From Microthyrium microscopicum (lineage: Eukaryota): a stretch of DNA of 64,000 nucleotides. A program made the position numbers and the translations under genes. The notes under the pieces were generated by a model. That model was not told where the DNA came from, did no database searches, and saw only the letters and a list, made by a program, of their open reading frames with translations. Positions 37,975 through 49,894 of this stretch are shown here, piece after piece; position 1 is the first letter of the stretch, and the number at the start of each line of letters is the position of its first letter. The stretch spans positions 987,340-1,051,339 of the forward strand of contig MU004243.1 in the NCBI GenBank assembly GCA_010405405.1. The letters run 5' to 3'.

Positions 37975-38879
37975 ATGGCTTCCAATACTGTCATGGTCGA
38001 CTCGTCTATATTCGAGGATATTCAGCAGAAAATTGATGATGATACGGCTTTCAATGATGTAAGGCCCTCGGTTTTTCTTCTGACCACATCTGACTAGAAC
38101 TATTTAGGAGCTTCGTGAGACGGTTCAACAGCTCAACAAACAAGGTCAGTAGTCCTCAAAAGGTTCAGAAAAGACAGCTAGCTAACACATCACAGTCCGC
38201 TCTGCACAAGCAGCTCTCTCACAAGTCCATGCTATTCCTCGCGACCAACGTAAGCCACCCGTTCATGAACCGGACTGCAACTAATCCCCCACCAGTAGCA
38301 GCACACATCACGAAAACACAACCACTAATCCACGCTGAAATCACAACAATCAGCCAACTCGCCACCAAAGCCTCACAGCAACCATACTACAAATGGAACC
38401 ACGTTTGGACGCGTAGCGTCCAAGACGCCGTAAGTCCCTCCCTGGCGCCAGTATCACTCAGCTAACCATTTCAGTGCTTCACAATCCTTTTCGCCCACTA
38501 CGCAGCCTCCTCTGCTCTGCTAACCATTGAGGACCTCGGCGCACGTCTCAGCATACCAGTCAACCTCAAAGACCGCGATGCGTTCCACCTGACGATCGAA
38601 GAGTATCTGCTCGCACTAATCAGCCTGATCGAGGAACTCGCTCGTCTAGCACGCAATGCTGTCACCATTGGCGACTACAGCCGCCCACTGGAGATTGCTC
38701 GCTTTGTAAACAACATACATGCCGGCTTCCAGATCCTCAATCTGAAGAACGATATCCTGCGCCGCCGATCTGATGGAATCAAGTATAGGCTCAAAGAAGT
38801 TGAAGATGTGGTATATGATTTGAGTCTGAGGGGCTTGGTGCCAAAAGAGGAGACCAAGGACGAGGAGATGAAAACTTGA
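37975..38879 (+). CDS. tsn1: Translin (multi-exon)
   Basis: Last exon FHLTIEEYLLALISLIEELARLARNAVTIGDYSRPLEI...GFQILNLKNDILRRRSDGIKYRLKEVEDVVYDLSLRGL, with QPYYKWN upstream. Confidence 0.9.
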
Positions 38880-39254
38880 GCCGGTGGATGGTGCATCAAT
38901 ACGAGGACGCGAGGATCATGAGGCAAGTAAGTGTATTATAACATCTAATAAATTCAATACTGCCTACATCCCAAATCTGTATGCCAATCTATCTCCATCC
39001 CTACGCCAGCAAATGCACCAGATCAAACCTGATGGGGGTTACGTAACCATGCGCTAAACTACACGGGAAGGAGAAGAGTGGAGTGCATAGTACACAAAGG
39101 TTGCCCGAAATCCTGACGGTTTGCTGTGAAGGAGGTATATAATTACACTTTTGGCGAAACTTGGCATCCGATATCTACACATGCGCCTTCATTTACAGAT
39201 TTGGACAGTTGTGGGTTGTCAACAGATGTTTTTTGTGAGCAAAGAGTGGTTGAT

Positions 39255-40799
39255 TTATTCGATGATGCGGGTGACTAGGCCAGTGGCAACGGTGCGGCCG
39301 CCTTCACGGACGTTGAAGCGCTGTTGCGGCTCAATGGCAATTTTGTTGTGGAGAACGCACTCCATTTCGACATTGTCACCGGGCATGACTTGCTTGGATT
39401 CTTTGAAAGCCTCAGAATCCTCAGGCCATGTGAAGGTTGCTGCCTCATCTACACATTCTGATTAGCACATACAAATGATGTTAACAATTGGCAAGTCACT
39501 CACCGGCTGTGCGGATGTATACTTGTGGCTTATAGTTGTTGGTGAATCCAGTGTGTCGGCCACCTTCGTCCTTGGTCAAAACGTAGAGAGAAGCGAGGAA
39601 TTTCTTATGGGCTTTGGCAGATCCTGGAACAGCAATGACCATACCACGTCGGATATCCTCGCGCTTGACACCTCGTAGAAGTAGACCAGAGTTGTCACCA
39701 GCTCTGCTCTCTTCGCAAGACTTCTTGAAGGTCTCAATATCGGTGACCTTGGTCTTGATTGGCCCACCATCAGTCTTGCCGACAAGTTCCACTTCAGTAT
39801 CTCTCTTTAATGTTCCACGCTCGACACGACCGCTAGCAACAGTACCGCGACCAGCGATGGAGAAAACATCCTCCACACTCATTAGGAAAGGCTTGTCTGT
39901 GTCGCGCTGAGGAGTTGGGATCCACTCGTCGATGGCCTTCATAAGCTCGTCAATCTTCTCAGTTCCAATCTCTGGCTGACGACCTTCGAGTGCGCAAAGA
40001 GCGGAGCCCATGATGATAGGAGCCTCATCACCTTCGAATCCGTAAGTATCCAAGAGCTCGCGCATTTCCATCTCGACGAGTTCCAGCATTTCCTTGTCTT
40101 CAATAGCATCGACCTTGTTGACGAAAACGACGACCTTCTGGATACCGACTTGTCGAGCGAGTAGTAAATGTTCTCGGGTTTGAGGCCTATTGGCGCGTTA
40201 GTCTCTGAATCATCGTCTGGTCCATTTTTGCCACCCACATTTGTCCATCGCTGGCAGCCACCACGATGATCGCACCGTCCATATTTGCTGCTCCTGTAAT
40301 CATGTTCTTGATGTAATCGGCGTGACCGGGACAATCGACGTGAGAGTAATGCCTTGCTTCGGTTTCATATTCGAGATGTGCTGTAGAAATTGTGATACCG
40401 CGCTTTCGCTCTTCGGGGGCTTTATCGATGGCGCCGTACTCGAGAAATTTGGCCATTCCTTTGTCGGCTTGACGTTTTGTGATTGCGGCAGTCAATGTAG
40501 TCTACATTTTTGTTAGGATTGAGGTTGTCTTGAAATCGATCGAGTCGCATTGTACCTTGCCGTGATCGACGTGACCGATAGTTCCTGAAATGATTAGACG
40601 ATGGTTGTTGGTTTCAAAAGGATTACATACCAATGTTGACGTGTGGCTTTACCCGGGAGAAGGTTGCGGCATATCGCTGGTATGCTCCAGTATACTTGTT
40701 CGTGCCTTTTTGGCCCAAAGCGAATTGTAGAGGACTCGCTTGGCGGCGGCGAACAGCATAGCGGCCAGATCGTACGAGAGTTTTGGCGAAGGACGACAT
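39255..40799 (-). CDS. TUF1: Mitochondrial elongation factor Tu (multi-exon)
   Basis: Presequence, then [57 protein letters not shown] and [10 protein letters not shown]. Confidence 0.97.
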
Positions 40800-41315
40800 A
40801 GTGGTGAGAAATGAAGTGAGCCGTCAACGCCAATTGATCGCAAAGAAGGGTAAAGGAGAGACAGAATGATGCGCAGATGGATGATGAGCTCCCTGAAATG
40901 CGGATGTTGAGCTTCAACTTTTTCAAAGTTTCCGCGCTATCCCAACTGGCACTAGCGCTGTATGTAAGCTTGTAATCTTCGGTTAGCGTCGCTCAATGCA
41001 ACAAGCTTTGAACTCAACAACTGTTGCATCTGCTGGGAAAATCGTACCCGGTCGGCTTTTACTACTATTTTCAGAGCTTCATTAAGCTGGATTGACCCTT
41101 TCACTCCTTCATTGTGATAAGATACTGCTCATTCAACACCAAATCGTCGAGTTGAGAATATATCAAGCTCCGCAACACCGAACCTTGCTTGCATGAGCAG
41201 GAATATCCGAGGTTGTTGATATCACTGGGGCTCCTCTGCCAAAATGGCTTCCTCCCTTCCTCGCTCAGTCTGTCTATTATCCATAGGACGAACTTCCATA
41301 CGACAAAGGCCAATC

Positions 41316-42850
41316 ATGCCATTGAAAGCAAGGATATCACAAGGTGCGCTACCAGCACGAGGCTATGCTGTGGTAGGATCCGACTACTATCCCGCAATTG
41401 AATGAACACTGATTAAGCTCGTCTAGAAAGCACTGGAATCCTATCAAGAAAACAAAACGAGCGATCCCGATGGCGTTTTACGAGAAGATGACCCCGATGA
41501 TATCCTATTCACCAAGAAATTCGGTCTCCGATCCCTCGAGCTAAACCGACCTAAAAAGCTAAATTCACTAAACGGATCAATGGCAAGAAAACTGGTGTTG
41601 AGATTGAAGGAACTTTCAAAATCAGACTTGGCGCAAGTGGTAGTGATAAAAGGAGCTGGAAGAGCTTTTTGTGCTGGCGGTGATGTCGTTGCGCTGGCAG
41701 ACTGGAACGCAAAAGGAGAGCCCGTTCTATCAGACGACTATTTCGCTCTCGAATACAAGCTCGATCATCTTCTGGCGACCTACAATAAGCCGTTAATCGC
41801 ATATCAGGACGGCATTACAATGGGTGGTGGTGTTGGCTTGAGTATTCATGCTCCTTTCAGAATAGCCACCGAAAACACCGTCTTCGCCATGCCTGAAACC
41901 ACAATCGGATTCTTCCCAGAAGTGGGTGCAACCTTCTTCCTGCCTCGAATGGATGGTGAACTAGGTACATATTTAGCGCTTACAAGCGAACAACTTCGCG
42001 GCGTGGACGTCTTGTAAGTCTTCCTAAACTCTTCAATCCCATTAATCCACTAACATATCTACCTAGCTACCACGGCATCGCAACGCACTACATCCACTCA
42101 TCCACCCTCCCCACCCTATCCGAACGTCTCTCCGAACTCCGATTCAAGGACTACGCCACCCCTAACGAACGATTCGCCATCATCGCCAGCACCATCGCCG
42201 AGTACGACTCTGGTCTCCCATCCACCCGACCCGCCATCACTGGTGCCATCCGCCAAGCAATTGATCACTGCTTCAGCGCAAGCACACCACTTGAAATCCT
42301 ATCTCAGCTCGAGAAGACGCGAGAAGCCACGGCGGACGAAAGCATCAAGGCGTGGGCCGACAAGACCATCGCCACGATTCGCGAACGCAGTCCGATAGGC
42401 GTCGCAGTCACTCTGCGCGCCTTAAGACTTGGAAAGAGCTGGAACATAGCACAAGCGTTCCGCAACGAATTGGAGATAAGTCGCGTATTTATGCGCCATG
42501 GAGACTTCACGGAGGGCGTGAATGCAAGATTGGTGCAGCGGTCGAAGACTCGGCCCAACTGGAGCCCGAATACACTTGAAGGCGTCAAAGCAGATGACGT
42601 GGATGCCTTCTTTGCGGGTATTGATCGGGATACGTTGACATTTTATACTTCAGGCGAGGGGACCAAGTATACAGAATACCCACATGCGTGGTTGGGATTG
42701 CCAACTGATCAGGAGATTGAAGTACGCTTGCTGGAGGGCAAGAGCGGCTCGGAGATTGTGGCGGAGTTTATGAAGCAGAAGAACGGAAAGGTTGGCGTGA
42801 GGGAGAAGGTAGAGGAGGTTGTTGAAAGATTACGGCCTGCGAAGGGATAA
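41316..42850 (+). CDS. EHD3: 3-hydroxyisobutyryl-CoA hydrolase (crotonase family), 3 exons
   Basis: LNRPKKLNSL, AFCAGGDV, DGITMGGGVGLSIHAPFRIATE, AMPETTIGFFP and DFTEGV. Confidence 0.92.
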
Positions 42851-43147
42851 GGGGATTGTATATCAGTGTTTATACTCCGCACCATTTATGAATACACATA
42901 GACGGCAATGTTTACCTTTGCTCTAAAAGTTATCTCTCTGCTAGCAGCAGTTTGGGTCGTTTACACAGCACAATTATTCAAGCGAATCAATTCATTACAT
43001 ATATAATCGCTACCGTAGGTTTCAAAATCCTACATCCAAGTCTGTCTACCAACTCTGCTAGGCCGGATCAACGCGCCATTTTCCACGCCCAATGCCTCGA
43101 ATTCAAATCAACCCTCGCTGCGGCAATCAATGAAGTTGTCGCGGAGC

Positions 43148-43981
43148 TCAATATTGCTGTCCGTGTGCCGGCTGTTGTTGAAACTGTCCTTGCTGCTGAT
43201 ACTGCCCCTGCTGCGGCGCTGGATATAATGGTTGCGCTTGCTGCTGCTGTTGTTGTCCATATTGCTGCTGACCATATGGTTCCATTGCTACATCATGCTT
43301 AACGTGCGTCTCCTTCGCCTGCCCGTTCTTGCGGAAATGTATAAAGCCCAGTATCGCCACTGCCACGAACAGCAAACTACAATCACCCGTTAACTCTATG
43401 TTCCACACTCCTTTCCACAGCGGTGTAGATCATCACTTACAATTCAATAGCACTGATCACCGCAATTCCACTGATCCCCGCCTTTCCAGCCGGTCCAACA
43501 ACAAGATACGGATTCGTCCGCTTCACAAGATTTGTCGGCGTGAGAGCGCTGCGTTTCGTCACGCAGAAATGGCTGTTAACGGCATCCCCAGTGTCAACAT
43601 TTGCGACACAGTCAATGGGAACGTTCAGGATCGAGCGCAGATGCGCATTGGCGCCCATGGAGGCGAGCCAGAGCACTGCGAGGAGGGCGTCGGCGGAGAG
43701 GAGGATGATGGTGAAGAGGTCGGTACGCAAGGAGGCCATACGGCCTGCGAGAATGTTGACTACGGCGAGGATCATCGTGAAGAGACCCTGGGGTCAAATT
43801 AGTTGGCAAATTCGAGGTTGGGTTGTTTAAGGAGGCTTACGCAGACGAGGGCGAGCACGAATTCATCACTGACGGCGCCGTGTATCAACCAGGCTGATAC
43901 ACCAAGTACTATGAAGCCGAGAATAGCCTGGACGGCGCGGATGATGGTGAAGTGCATGGGGGTTTTTGCGTGTTGGTCCAT
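43148..43981 (-). CDS. MARVEL-like membrane protein with Gln-rich tail (3 exons)
   Basis: IRAVQAILGFIVLGVSAW, DALLAVLWLASMGANA, four hydrophobic segments and a C-terminal QQYGQQQQ region. Confidence 0.75.
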
Positions 43982-44788
43982 TTTGAATATTCACTACTGT
44001 AGTATATGACTGTGAAATGAGCGAGGGGTTGGTAAAAAGGATTCACGATATCAGGCTGAGGGGACGACGAGGAGTTGTCTCCGTCTTAAAGAAGCGACTC
44101 ATACTCCACACTGAAGCTCTGCAAGCCCCTCGGGTGTACCGTTAGGCTGTGCAAGTATATGCTATAGCCTATAGGCGATTATGGCTCGTGGCGCTCAAAT
44201 GCCAACCCTTTTCGCGAGAAGTAGTGGTTAACTGCGTTACTGCGCCCCTGTCGTTCAGTTCTTGTCTTTGTTTTCAGAAACACATGAGAAATCAGAAAGG
44301 AGAATCACTTCAAACTGCACGCGACAAACAGGTGTAAATCTCGAAACAAATGGTCAAAGAATGCGTGATTGGCTTGTTGGCGATACGTCAGGGTAAATTT
44401 AGACCAGTTGGCGCTGGAGTTGGAAAGAGAAAGGAATGCCCAGAAGTGAGGCTGAAGATGTGTTGGCCTAGACCGCGAATGTTAGCCTGGTTGAGAATGG
44501 ATTAGGTTGCTGTAAGGCTTGGCTGCATAACGCCACTGAAAAAGGGTTCAAAGAGTGTCGATGTGAAACGTAAACTGGGCAAGAATCGGAAGGTGTCCGG
44601 TCAAAATACGGTTCGTGGAACTATTCAGCGGTTGACAATGTCCGAAGGGGAGGAATACTTTTCTAGAAATTGTGGTGGTTGAGCTTGTGTACCCAGCCAT
44701 TTCAGTGATATTTCCCATCATCGCTCACTTCTGCATACTTCGAGACTTGAGATTCGCATTCCTAAGCCACTAGTCAAAGCAAAAAGTA

Positions 44789-45014
44789 CCTCTGGTGTGC
44801 ATTCTGTGCCTTACCCCCCAACGAAAATAAATTTATCTTGAACAAGGCAATCTAGCTAGCTGATTGGTTAGAGCTTAGGGCTTGGCGGTCTTCAGAATTA
44901 TTTTGCGTGCAGCCACCACGTGATATTTATTTTGAGCCAATCATAGCTTTAGCTCAGAGGTAAGTTGAGAGGAAATATTTCTCTGGGGGTAAGGCACAGA
45001 ATGCACACCAGAGG
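44789..45014. mobile_element. MITE, Tc1/mariner-type (226 bp)
   Basis: Perfect 30-bp TIRs CCTCTGGTGTGCATTCTGTGCCTTACCCCC (44789-44818 and 44985-45014), flanked by TA at 44787-44788 and 45015-45016. Confidence 0.9.
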
Positions 45015-46614
45015 TATCGTAATCTGAACGCAGCGGGTAATTTCATAGATTATCTCAATTATGTTTGACTGTTAAGGAGGAAGGCTTACGATGTTAAGTA
45101 CCCACCTGTCCAAGGAGTGGGAATAGGGGCTATAAAAGGGGGTGCCAAGTTTTTATATCTCTACCGCGCGCTCTGGCTGTTGCACAAGTTCTATTTTGAA
45201 AGACACTTTTGATAATATTCTTATGAGACTTATTACTCAACTTGTAGGTGCCGTCTATTTTTTCAAGAAATATATCACAGTATGTGGCATATAGGCGCAT
45301 GAAGAGAATATCAAAGGATACCATTTCGCCATCACCGCTGTTCTCCGGAATACCGTACAGACGTGAGAGACCTCGGCCGGCAAAGCAGCAACCAGCAACT
45401 TTGTCTTATTTCATTTTTTTGAGCATATTTCCCCATCATTTGCATTTCATATGTCCAAGAGCCGAACGTCAACTTGTAAAACTAATCCTTTATTGCTTTT
45501 CTGCATTTTGAAACATCAACATCCATCCCTACGGGCTCACGGAGTACCTGGTGCAGATCTAGTGATCTTCAAGGGATTCTTACAAGTAACGCCGAAAATG
45601 TTCGCTTACTTCCTTACTCGGTCTTACTTGCTGGGTCATTTTTTATCCTCTCTCGTATCAGTTCACAAGTTCACATTAGTTGAGTTGGAGGATGATCATG
45701 CAGTCATTGCACTGTCTCGGTAAGGGAAAGAATTGGCGAAGAATTCAAGAACCTTTTGAGTCTCGATAATGCAATCTTGCGGCCATTGAGCCGCATCCAA
45801 CCCACTGCCAAATAAAAACCTTCTAGAAGGCGACTATCGGTCCTGCCGCCAGCATTGACTTTGTAGATTCAATCATTCACTTGAGATCAAAGTCGATTGT
45901 CCACACATGACCATGTTCGGAATATTAAATCGATCTGGTCGCAAACCAATCACCCCCGTTCGCTTAAGTTTGCCAGCAGTGCTCCTACGTCAGATAGTCA
46001 GATCAAGATGAAGCATTTCACAAGCCAGCGAATAACGTCACAACCGACCAACATGCTGGAATGCCCACGATTCTGCTTGTCAGCCTCGCCAATCAATCCA
46101 CATGGAAGTAAGCGATCCTCGCTAACGGCCACGATATGATTGGCACCGTTATGGCCCACGCTACCAACTAACACCCAGTTGCACGTTATTCACTGCACCA
46201 CCAACTAAGCAATGCACCCAAAAGTTTGTACGATCAGCGCCCCGCAATGATCAATCATGGTAAAGGCTGCTTTTGCAATTTTGGCATCTGGCGCATGCAC
46301 CTTACCGCCTGGGGTTTGCGCGAGTAGTAACTCTTCTTAAACCAAACGTAGGTACATAGTAGAAAGAGAAGTGTCGTAGCGGTGGCCAATATTCACCCCA
46401 TACCCTTTGGTACTAAATATTCAATACATCTTCGGTCCCACTGTCCCAGCGCTGAGGTTTCTGGAATCTGTTGTTCAATAATGCTTCCGACTATTCTTCC
46501 CCCTTCCCAAAAGTCCCTTTATTACCCTCGTTGATGCCTTCTCATGATCACGTTGCACGGCTGATCGTCCAACCCTACTGTTGAATGACGTCGTGGCGGC
46601 TGCGGCATTAAGTA

Positions 46615-48284
46615 ATGACCATGCAGTCAAGTCTCGATAAAATAAACCCGTTTTCCCACTCCGGTGGAAGACGAGTAGGTCCTGCGGAACAGGATATATT
46701 ACCTTTGCCTATATCACCTATATCCCCTACATCTTCTACGCTACAAAGTCGCAGAAGTAAATTTCTGGAAGAAGGCATTATGGATGAAGAAAAAGTAAAT
46801 CTGCGATCTGGTCCTGATTCGGCGACGCGGGATTCTGTTGCGCCAGGAAAAGACAAGGAATTTGAGAAAGAAGAACAGGGTGAATTACCATGGTATAAAC
46901 AGCGGAAACTTAGCAGCGCAAAGAACGATCCATTTGGAGACGAAGAGGATGCAGACGTCAAATATAAATCCATGGAGTGGTGGCAGGCTGCGATGAGTAT
47001 GAGCATCCGGCGCATACGGGATTCCAAGCTAACAACGAGTAGTTATGATCGCAGAGACTGTATCACTCGGCATATTAAGTCTTCCATCGGTATTAGAAAC
47101 AATTGGAATGGCACCTGGAGTCATTCTAATAGCTGGATTGGGCATACTCGCAACATACACCGGCTACGTCTTCTGGCAATTCAAAATGGCCTATCCACAC
47201 GTAAGTCCATCATCAACCTCCACCGCATACTCCCAATTGACTAACAAAATACCAGGTTCATAATATGGCCGACGCAGGCGAAGTTCTCTGCGGTCGCATC
47301 GGTCGCGAAATAGGCGGTGCCGCGCAAACAATCTTCCTCATCTTCAGCATGGCCAGCCATATCCTAACCTTCACCATCGCCTTCAATGCCATGACCGGGC
47401 ACGCAACCTGCACCATTGTCTGGGGTGTAATCGGCGTAATCGTCTTCTTCCTTCTCACCCTCCCCCGGACGCTCAAAAAAGTCTCATATCTCTCCATCGT
47501 CTCCTTCATGTCCATCACCGGCTCCATCCTAATCACCATGATCGGCGTCGGCGTCTCAAAACCCAACCCACACCCCGTCGCAGTCAACCACGTCTCGTTC
47601 GCAAAAGCCTTCCTCGCAGTAACAAACATCATCTTCGCCTACGCCGGACATGTCGCCTTCTTCAGCTTTATCTCTGAACTTAAAGATCCCCGAGATTTCC
47701 CAAAAGGCCTCTTCTTACTGCAAATCACCGACACACTCCTCTATATCATCGTCGCAGTCGTCGTATACCGGTACGCCGGACCTTCCGTAAAATCGCCCGC
47801 AATTGGCAGCGCAAGTCCAATAGTTATGAAAGTCGCCTACGGAATCGCCCTCCCCACCATCTTAATCGCCGGCGTCATCTACGCACACGTGGCAGCGAAA
47901 TACGTCTACGTGCGGTTGTTTCGCGGCACAAAACATATGCAGAAAAAGACATTCCTTGCGGTCGGCAGCTGGGTGGCCATCACATTGACGTTCTGGATAA
48001 TTGCGTTCGTAATAGCAGAGTCGATACCAGACTTTAATGATTTACTCGCGCTTATTAGCAGTGTATTTGCAAGCTGGTTTACATATGGACTCGGAGGTGT
48101 ATTTTGGCTATATATGAATAAGGGAATGTATGGCAAGAAGTGGTATCTGACCCTACTTAACGTGGGTCTTGTAATAATGGGAGCGGCGATCATGGGGCTG
48201 GGGCTGTATGCTTCTGGGACGGCTATCAAGGAGGGTGGCGGCGCGAGTTGGAGTTGTAAAGATAATTCCGTGGGAACTGGGTAG
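46615..48284 (+). CDS. AAAP-family neutral amino-acid permease (Mtr-like), 3 exons
   Basis: DPFGDEEDADVKYKSMEWWQAA, MIAETVSLGILSLP, FAYAGHVAFF and IAESIPDFNDLL. Start is 46615 or 46780. Confidence 0.92.
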
Positions 48285-48890
48285 TCTAATGTGTAATGAC
48301 TTGTTGGATTATTTTGATTACACCATGCGTGGTGTTACTGGCCGATTGTTGCGGGTTTGTCTGGAGGTTTGGATTTTCGGCGCAATGTTTATACCCCTGA
48401 ACCCCTATTGTGTTTTGTCAAAACAAATTTTATTATAATTGAGATACATGACTTTTTTGACATGTTTGTTTTTTGGTCTATAACGCACACGTGTGCAAGC
48501 TTGACAGAGCATATAATTGCCAAAGTTGAGCTCGAAGTAGCTATTATCATGTAATTGCGGCTGTTAATGACACGGTAAGACTTGAACGCGGGAGACTAGT
48601 GTCATGGGATCTGTTATTTTCGCAAAGGTAACATGCGAGGAACTGCAATGAGTTCTAACTCCCTCTCGGGCAACTGTTCGTGAGATGGTTCTACCCGTTA
48701 GTGAGCAGAAATAGCGCTCTAGGGAACTGGTCAGAAATGCTCTTGTATTACAAGCTAGTATGTCTGTCTTTCCTAAACACTACATAGTGTAACGACAGAA
48801 TTTGGTAGTAGTACCTGGAGACTACTTCACTAGAAACTTTACATACCAGGTGGACAGTGTGTAAGCAGACGTCCATGTCTGGTAGATTTA

Positions 48891-49609
48891 GGGCATTGTT
48901 AGCCGGCGCCAGAATATTTATTAACCGGCGCCAGAATATTCGTTAACCGGCGCCAGGAATATATGGCGCTCTAGGCTATGCCTAAATAGGAAATAAATAT
49001 AGAAATCTTGGTGTTGGTCTACTAAATTAAAAGCAGGTTCAAAGAAAGTGCAAAATATCAAAGCTTTTACTACGGACAAAGCCTGCGGGACCAGTTCAGC
49101 AGATTATCTCCTACGACAGCGATTTTACACCCAAAACACGCCTCTGGAAAGATCTATCTCTTCCGCATCCCATTACCCGTTTTGTGTCCTCCCGCAGCCA
49201 TTTCATATCCTATCTCGACCCCAGTTTTGGTGTTTTTATGTTCTCCAACCCGCGGGTCTGAAGGGAGGCTATTTCTACGACTTCTTTACATCTTTTAGCT
49301 CTAATAGTGCCCTGTTCTTAGAACCCGTTTTGTAGTTGGCGAAAATGTAGTTGTTATGGGTTAATGGTAGGGACTGTAAGACTCAAAGACTTGAAGATAA
49401 CGTAGTGAGGTAAGGCTTAGCTAACTAACGCTAGTGGGTTAATCTTGATGATCTTACTATATTCGGCTAGATTATATGGTTAAGGCTAGCCGCTATACCT
49501 GTTATAGCCTAAAGCGCCACAATATTACGCATACGGTATAGCTCTGGCGCCGGTTAACGAATATTCTGGCGCTGGCTAACAAAAATCCTGGCGCTGGCTA
49601 ACAATGCCC
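48891..49609. mobile_element. Non-autonomous Mutator-like element (719 bp) with 9-bp TSD
   Basis: TIRs GGGCATTGTTAGCCGGCGCCAG and CTGGCGCTGGCTAACAATGCCC. The direct repeat GTAGATTTA flanks both ends (48882-48890, 49610-49618). Three TTA(A/G)CC(G/A)GCGCCAG subterminal units occur at each end. Confidence 0.92.
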
Positions 49610-49894
49610 GTAGATTTACTCTACACGATTTAGTCCCGTGCTATAGATGTATGTCTCCTTCGTGCCAGAAATGTTTTACCTTACACAAGCACTGTGCAAG
49701 GTGTTCGAGCCGATAGTTCATACCATGTAAGACTTCGTCAAGGTGAGATGACGAAATGCTAAACCCCCGATTTGAAAGATAGATTAGGCATAAGATGGTT
49801 TAGCTTCCTTGAAATTGCAATGAAAAGCTCTTCCAATATTCATCTATCTCCCATACATCGCCATAGTGGGCGACTTGAGACGCGATTCATTACC

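Noticed and set aside
48901..48956. Three short direct repeats that superficially resemble a CRISPR array
   Set aside because: They have no unique spacers and are mirrored at 49543-49602, so they are subterminal repeats of the Mutator-like element. The genome is eukaryotic.
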